From contig CAMZNU010000009.1 of the NCBI GenBank assembly GCA_947313885.1, positions 396 to 64,395 of the forward strand: a stretch of 64,000 bases of DNA. Reading direction: 5' to 3'. Position 1 is the first letter of the stretch, and each line of letters starts with the position of its first letter. Position numbers and translations under genes: made by a program. Below the pieces are notes generated by a model. That model saw nothing but the letters and a program-made list of their open reading frames with translations, was not told the DNA's origin and searched no databases. This document shows, in pieces, positions 59,095-64,000 of the stretch. This DNA is from an uncultured Clostridia bacterium (GTDB lineage: Bacteria > Bacillota > Clostridia > Lachnospirales > CAMZNU01).

Positions 59095-60858
59095 ATGAGA
59101 AGAAAAAACAAAATAATTTTATATCTTATGTTAGTTGTATTGATATTAGTAAGTGGATTATTAGTAGTTATAAAATATAAAGCAATCCAAATAGAAAAAA
59201 GGGTAGTAGATGTTAGAATATATTATAAGGATAAATATAATAAAAAATTAGGTAAAGAAACAGTAGTAACAATAGATGGTGAAGTTGTAGAAGAAAAAAA
59301 TGCAATAATAGAAATGGAAGATGGAAAATACATTTCAGTACAATTTATTAAGAAGTATGTTGATAAGTATATATATGAAGATAAAGAAAGAAATAAAGTA
59401 ATAATAACAGATTCAAACACGGTATCAATATATGATATAGGAGAAGAGGTTTATAAAGTGAATGATTCTACTCTTAATTTAAATATACCGTTAAGAGTAG
59501 AAAATGATAAAGCATATTTACCATATAGTTTAGTAAAAAACTTATACAATGTTAAATTAGAGGAACTAAATAAATACGGAATAATAGAAGTTATATTAAA
59601 TGGCAAAGAAAAAACAGTAGGTGAAATAGCAGGCAAGAAAACTTATTTAACATATAATCCAGATAAAAAAGGTAAAATAGCTATATTATTAAAAAAGGGT
59701 GAAAAAATAAAAGTGTTATCAACGATAGAAGATGTAGATAGAATACAATATAGAAAAGTAATGAATAAAGATGGAATATTAGGATACGTACGAGAAAAAG
59801 ATATAATAAATAAAAAGATTATAAAAAATGAAAAGAAAAAAAGGGAAGAGAAAAATATCGAACAAAGAAAAATTGAAGGTAAAATAGTTTTATTATGGGA
59901 TCAAGTATTTAATACAACGGCAAATAATTTAAAAAGTAGAAGAAAAACCCATGAGGGAGTTACAGTATTATCACCTACATGGTTTACATTTAATGAAAAC
60001 ACTTTAGACGGTGAGTTAGTAAATATATCGGGAAAAGAATATGTAGACTTTGCCCATGCAAACGGTTACGAAGTATGGCCTTTACTAACAGATATTCCAT
60101 CGGGTAAAGTTGATGGAGTTGGGAACATAGCTAGTAAGATTTTGCCATACACAGAAAAAAGGGAATATATAATTGAACAAATTATGAGATATATAGAAAT
60201 ATATGACTTAGATGGAATAAACATGGATTTAGAGTTTGTAAATGAAGATATTATAGATGATTACATTCAATTTTTAAGAGAGTTGTACCCAAAGATGAAA
60301 GAGAAAGGTAAAATATTATCAGTAGATGTATATACACCGAGTCCGTGGTCTATGTATTACAAAAGAGATGAAATAGCAGAGACAGCAGATTATATAGCGG
60401 TAATGACTTATGACGAGTATACAGGAGGTTCAACAAATTCAGGACCTGTAGCGTCAAGGGGATTCGTAGAAAAAGGTGTATTAGATATGTTAGATGAAGT
60501 TCCAAAAGAAAAAATATTAATGGGTATACCGTTCTATACGAGAGTGTGGCGTTTTGAACAACTTAAAAATGAAACTAAAAGAACTATAACAAATTTTGGT
60601 ATGAATTCTGGAAAAGATTTTTTTACTAGTAGAGGCGGAGAACTTGTTTGGGACGAAGAAACAGGATATTTTTATTCAGAAGTTGCAGACGTCGAATATG
60701 GAAATATAGTAAGATATGAGGCGTGGCTGGAAACTATAAGGTCAATAAATATTAAACTTGGAATATTTAAAGAAAATGATTTAGGTGGAATTGCACTTTG
60801 GAAACGTGGTTTAGAAGATGAAGATGTGTGGGAAACAATTAGAAGTGCAGTGGATTAG
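59095..60858 (+). CDS. glycoside hydrolase family 18 protein (YaaH/YdhD-like cortex/peptidoglycan-type hydrolase) with N-terminal TM anchor
   Basis: GH18 catalytic motif LDGINMDLEF, TYDEY. N-terminal TM ILYLMLVVLILVSGLLVVI. Confidence 0.8.
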   Translation: MRRKNKIILYLMLVVLILVSGLLVVIKYKAIQIEKRVVDVRIYYKDKYNKKLGKETVVTIDGEVVEEKNAIIEMEDGKYISVQFIKKYVDKYIYEDKERNKVIITDSNTVSIYDIGEEVYKVNDSTLNLNIPLRVENDKAYLPYSLVKNLYNVKLEELNKYGIIEVILNGKEKTVGEIAGKKTYLTYNPDKKGKIAILLKKGEKIKVLSTIEDVDRIQYRKVMNKDGILGYVREKDIINKKIIKNEKKKREEKNIEQRKIEGKIVLLWDQVFNTTANNLKSRRKTHEGVTVLSPTWFTFNENTLDGELVNISGKEYVDFAHANGYEVWPLLTDIPSGKVDGVGNIASKILPYTEKREYIIEQIMRYIEIYDLDGINMDLEFVNEDIIDDYIQFLRELYPKMKEKGKILSVDVYTPSPWSMYYKRDEIAETADYIAVMTYDEYTGGSTNSGPVASRGFVEKGVLDMLDEVPKEKILMGIPFYTRVWRFEQLKNETKRTITNFGMNSGKDFFTSRGGELVWDEETGYFYSEVADVEYGNIVRYEAWLETIRSINIKLGIFKENDLGGIALWKRGLEDEDVWETIRSAVD

Positions 60859-60893
60859 TACAGAATAAAATAGTAAAGCATGGAGGGGATAAT

Positions 60894-62120
60894 ATGAATA
60901 CAGAAGAAAATAGTGTTGAAAATAAAAAAAATGGATTTATGATAAATAAAATAACACTAAAAAATTATAAAATGTATGAAAATAAACAATTAGAATTTAA
61001 ATCTAACTTTACTATTTTAGTTGGAGAAAATGCTAGCGGTAAAACTACAATTTTAGATGGTGTTGCTACAGGCATCGGTTGTTTTTTATTAGGATTTAAA
61101 AATATAAATAATAGACAAACCCATACAATTAAAAATAGAGATATTAGAACTATTTATAAAAGAAAAGAAGATAGCAATATTGAAGTATCGATTAAAACTC
61201 CTGTAGAAATTATTATGGACGTAGAAATAGATAATAAAAAATGTACTATTAAAAGAAAGAAGAACGATGAAAATGGTCAATCTAATTTTTTAAAAAAAGA
61301 AAATAAAGATATATTAAAAGAAATAAAAAAATTAGAGGAAGATATAGATTCAGATGATGATGAAAGTAAATTATTACTACCTGTATTTTCATACCATGGT
61401 ACAGGAAGATTGTGGGAACAAGATTATAAAAAAACATCTAAGATGGAACTATTAAAACGATTAGATGGATATAATAATTCATTAGAAGCAAAATCTAATT
61501 ATAGAAATTTTGTTACTTGGTTTGAAAAACTTGCAAGAGCAGAATTTAGCCAAAGAAAACCAAATAAAACATTAAAAAGTGTAAAAGACACTATAATCTA
61601 CACATTGGAATATTTAAATAAAGATAAAAAAATTGAAAATATAGATTATAGAGAGGGTGATTTAGAAATTTACTATGAAAATGGTGATGTAGATAGAATA
61701 GGTCAAATGAGTGATGGATATAGAAATATAATAGGAATAGTAAGCGATATAGCATATAGAATATGTATATTAAATTTAGGTATGGAAAACAATATAAAAA
61801 ATACATCTGGCATAGTTTTAATAGATGAAATAGATTTACACTTACATCCTTTATGGCAAAAGAAAATAGTTGGCGTATTGAAAAATGTATTTCCAAATGT
61901 ACAGTTTATAGCTACGACACATTCACCATTTATAATACAATGTATGGAAAGAAACGAAATAATAAGATTATCAGAAGAAGAACGTAAAGAAGAATTATCA
62001 GTTGATGGGACAGAAATGAGCATAGAAGAGATAGCAGAAAATGTTATGAACGTTGAAACTCCTCAAAGGCACCAAAGAGAAAAAAAAATGTTAGATATGG
62101 CTACAGAGAAATTAAAGTAA
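60894..62120 (+). CDS. ABC/SMC-like AAA ATPase (AAA_15/AAA_21, COG3950-type) of the kind found in defence systems
   Basis: Walker A GENASGKTT, signature-like QMSDGYRN, Walker B VLIDEIDLHLHP, H-loop ATTHSP. As written the frame ends just after an A9 tract. Confidence 0.8.
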   Translation: MNTEENSVENKKNGFMINKITLKNYKMYENKQLEFKSNFTILVGENASGKTTILDGVATGIGCFLLGFKNINNRQTHTIKNRDIRTIYKRKEDSNIEVSIKTPVEIIMDVEIDNKKCTIKRKKNDENGQSNFLKKENKDILKEIKKLEEDIDSDDDESKLLLPVFSYHGTGRLWEQDYKKTSKMELLKRLDGYNNSLEAKSNYRNFVTWFEKLARAEFSQRKPNKTLKSVKDTIIYTLEYLNKDKKIENIDYREGDLEIYYENGDVDRIGQMSDGYRNIIGIVSDIAYRICILNLGMENNIKNTSGIVLIDEIDLHLHPLWQKKIVGVLKNVFPNVQFIATTHSPFIIQCMERNEIIRLSEEERKEELSVDGTEMSIEEIAENVMNVETPQRHQREKKMLDMATEKLK

Positions 62121-62482
62121 TCAAAGGGACAAAAAAAGGTAAAAAAGCAAAAGAAGAGGTTAGAGAAATATTAAAGTTTTATAATAAAAAAGATTCAGAT
62201 AATAGAGCTAATGATATATGCAGTGAAAGGAGAGATTCCTTTGAAAAAGCAAAAGAAGTATTAAAAGATTATATAAAAATGAAAAATTGTACATCACAAA
62301 AAGAAACCGTAATAAATATGACAGCAAATAATTGCAATCAATTTATTTCAGTATGGTTAGAAGTTTTCAAAGATCACCCAGAGGTGAAAAGAGAAATGAT
62401 AAAGAACATAAAAGGAACAGCAATAGAATGTTATGATGAAAATATAAACCCGATACAATCAATACATAGAGATAAAAAATAA
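62057..62482 (+). other. start-less open frame (-1 relative to the ATPase) overlapping its 3' end: frameshifted or -1 PRF C-terminal extension, or an indel artefact
   Basis: Open from 62057 to TAA 62480-62482, with no ATG/GTG/TTG before 62279. Reachable from the ATPase frame by a -1 slip on A AAA AAA (62081-62087). Followed by a strong terminator. Confidence 0.35.
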
Positions 62483-62486
62483 AAAT

Positions 62487-62529
62487 AAAAAAGGTCGTAC
62501 AATCAAATTTGATTGTACGACCTTTTTTA
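62487..62529 (+). terminator. rho-independent terminator
   Basis: AAGGTCGTACAATC-aaattt-GATTGTACGACCTT followed by T6. Confidence 0.85.
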
Positions 62530-62595
62530 TTGAAATAATGCAAAAACAATTATATTAGTATATAATGTAATAAAAACACGAAAAGGAGTATAAAG

Positions 62596-64000
62596 ATGAG
62601 TGAAGATGATGAAAAGGAGAAAAAATATAAGTTTCAAAAATTAGCACCAATAAGCAGTGAAGAGGAATGCGATATAGAAGCATATGAAGATATATTAGAT
62701 TTTATTTTTGAAAAGGGTAATGAAGATTTAAGAAATATAGCAATAACAGGAACTTACGGTTCTGGTAAAAGTAGCGTTATAAAAACTTATGAAAGAAAAC
62801 GAAATAAAAAAAAGAAAACAAATTTTGTATATGTATCTCTTGCCCAATTTGATGTTAATGATGAAGAAAAAAGAAGTAAAGATAATGATGAAGAAAAAAG
62901 AAGTGAAGATTACGATGAAGAAAAAAGAAGTGAAGATAATGATGAAGAAAAAAGAAGTGCAGAAATAGAAAGAAAGTTAATAAACCAGTTAATACACCAA
63001 ATAGAACCCAATAAAATTAGTCAGGCACATTTTAAAATACATGAAAATGTGCCTAAAGTTAAAATGTGCGCAAATGCATTAGTTGTAACTTTATTTATAA
63101 GTTTTATACTATACATACTAAATTATAATAAGATTGTAGAGATGATTAAAACCTCTAAATTACTTGAGGGATCTACCCTATTAGAAAATGATAGTTATTT
63201 AATATGTACAGAAAGAGCTTTTATTACTTCGATAATTGTAAGCATAATAATAGTAAACTTATTTATATTCAAACTAATAAAAGCTCAAAAAGAAAATAAT
63301 ATTTTAAGAAGAATATCAGTAGGTAATGGTGAAATAGAAATGTCCGACAACAAACCAGAAGACTATTTTGATAAATATTTAAATGAAGTAATTTATATAT
63401 TTAAAAATTCAAGTATAGACGTTGTAGTGTATGAAGATATAGATAGGTTTGATAATAAAAAAATATTTAATAGACTTATGGAAATAAATAAATTGATAAA
63501 TGTAAGAATAGATATACCAATAAGATTTTTTTATTTAGTGAGAGAAGAATTATTTTCAGTAGATGATAAAACAAAGTTTTTTGACTACGTAATACCAATA
63601 GTGCCAGTAGTACACAGCTCTAACTCTTATGCTAAGTTTAAAGAAATTTTAGAAGAAGATGAAGTAGATGAAATACTTTTGAGAAATGTATCAATGTATA
63701 TAAACAATATGAGAATTATAAAAAATATTTGTAATGAATATATAATATATAAAAAGAAATTATTTAAAATAGGAGAAGGATACCCAGACTTAGATGAAAG
63801 AAAAATGTTTGCAATGATAGTGTATAAAAATATGTTTCCAGATGATTTTGAAAAACTACAAAATAGAGATGGAATATTATTTGAAATAATAGAAAAGCAA
63901 GATAAAAATGTGTATAAACCTGAAAAGTATATAGTGTTAGATATAATGATAAATCATGGATATATTGTAGGAGATTACTACCAATACATAGCACCGTTTT
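62596..64000 (+). CDS. YobI/KAP-like P-loop NTPase with two TM helices inserted after Walker A (5' part; continues beyond window)
   Basis: My own translation (absent from the ORF track because no stop is reached): MSEDDEKEKKYKFQKLAPI...IAITGTYGSGKSSVIKTYE (Walker A), TM helices ANALVVTLFISFILYIL and AFITSIIVSIIIVNLFIF, Walker B VVVYEDIDRFD. SD AAGGAG 7 nt upstream. Confidence 0.7.
   Translation, partial: MSEDDEKEKKYKFQKLAPISSEEECDIEAYEDILDFIFEKGNEDLRNIAITGTYGSGKSSVIKTYERKRNKKKKTNFVYVSLAQFDVNDEEKRSKDNDEEKRSEDYDEEKRSEDNDEEKRSAEIERKLINQLIHQIEPNKISQAHFKIHENVPKVKMCANALVVTLFISFILYILNYNKIVEMIKTSKLLEGSTLLENDSYLICTERAFITSIIVSIIIVNLFIFKLIKAQKENNILRRISVGNGEIEMSDNKPEDYFDKYLNEVIYIFKNSSIDVVVYEDIDRFDNKKIFNRLMEINKLINVRIDIPIRFFYLVREELFSVDDKTKFFDYVIPIVPVVHSSNSYAKFKEILEEDEVDEILLRNVSMYINNMRIIKNICNEYIIYKKKLFKIGEGYPDLDERKMFAMIVYKNMFPDDFEKLQNRDGILFEIIEKQDKNVYKPEKYIVLDIMINHGYIVGDYYQYIAPF
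62857..62964 (+). repeat. 4 x 27-bp in-frame tandem repeat inside the YobI/KAP-like gene
   Basis: AATGATGAAGAAAAAAGAAGT(A/G)AAGAT-type units at 62857, 62884, 62911 and 62938, encoding NDEEKRSKD/NDEEKRSED/YDEEKRSED/NDEEKRSAE. Confidence 0.9.

Noticed and set aside
62279-62482. 67-aa ORF from the ORF track treated as an independent small gene
   Set aside because: The frame is open for a further 222 nt upstream with no start codon, no SD precedes the ATG at 62279, and it connects to the ATPase frame through the A9 tract. It is better explained as part of a frameshifted or extended ATPase (see findings).

Overview
Chromosomal segment of a very AT-rich, low-GC Firmicute. It looks Clostridia-like and carries a sporulation gene set: a SpoIID-domain protein, spoIIAA-spoIIAB-sigF, abrB and spmAB. 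The window opens with the 3' tip of a 5S rRNA and five tRNAs (Pro, Arg, His and two identical Lys). Most of the rest is core housekeeping, nearly all on the + strand: gdpP-rplI-dnaB, an ABC-F ATPase, rex, purB-purA, lepA-hemW-rluA-rnhB-ylqH-yraN-der-plsY-gpsA, a purine riboswitch with an NCS2 purine permease, rpoB-rpoC, abgT, tldD-pmbA, ruvAB, ppaC, ppdK and a GH18 hydrolase. Two accessory insertions stand out. (1) 24991-29905 is a self-contained three-gene operon with its own promoter and terminator, sitting between purA and lepA. It encodes an orphan 433-aa protein and two diverged DUF262 (ParB/Srx-like, GmrSD-N-type) proteins, and neither DUF262 protein has a recognisable DUF1524/HNH nuclease. 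This is my best candidate for an undescribed defence-type system. (2) 60894-64000 holds an ABC/AAA_15-21-type ATPase whose 3' end is linked by an A9 'A AAA AAA' slippery tract to a start-less 131-codon frame. It is followed by a YobI/KAP-like membrane P-loop NTPase that carries four in-frame 27-bp repeats and is cut by the window end. Smaller observations are a tandem abrB duplication with a degenerated second copy, a perfect 17-bp tandem repeat operator candidate in front of a CoADR-rhodanese/YeeE sulfur module, and a 14-bp perfect inverted repeat in the abgT/tldD divergent region. No CRISPR array, integrase or transposase was seen. All calls rest on reading the sequence and translations by eye. 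No database search or computation was run.
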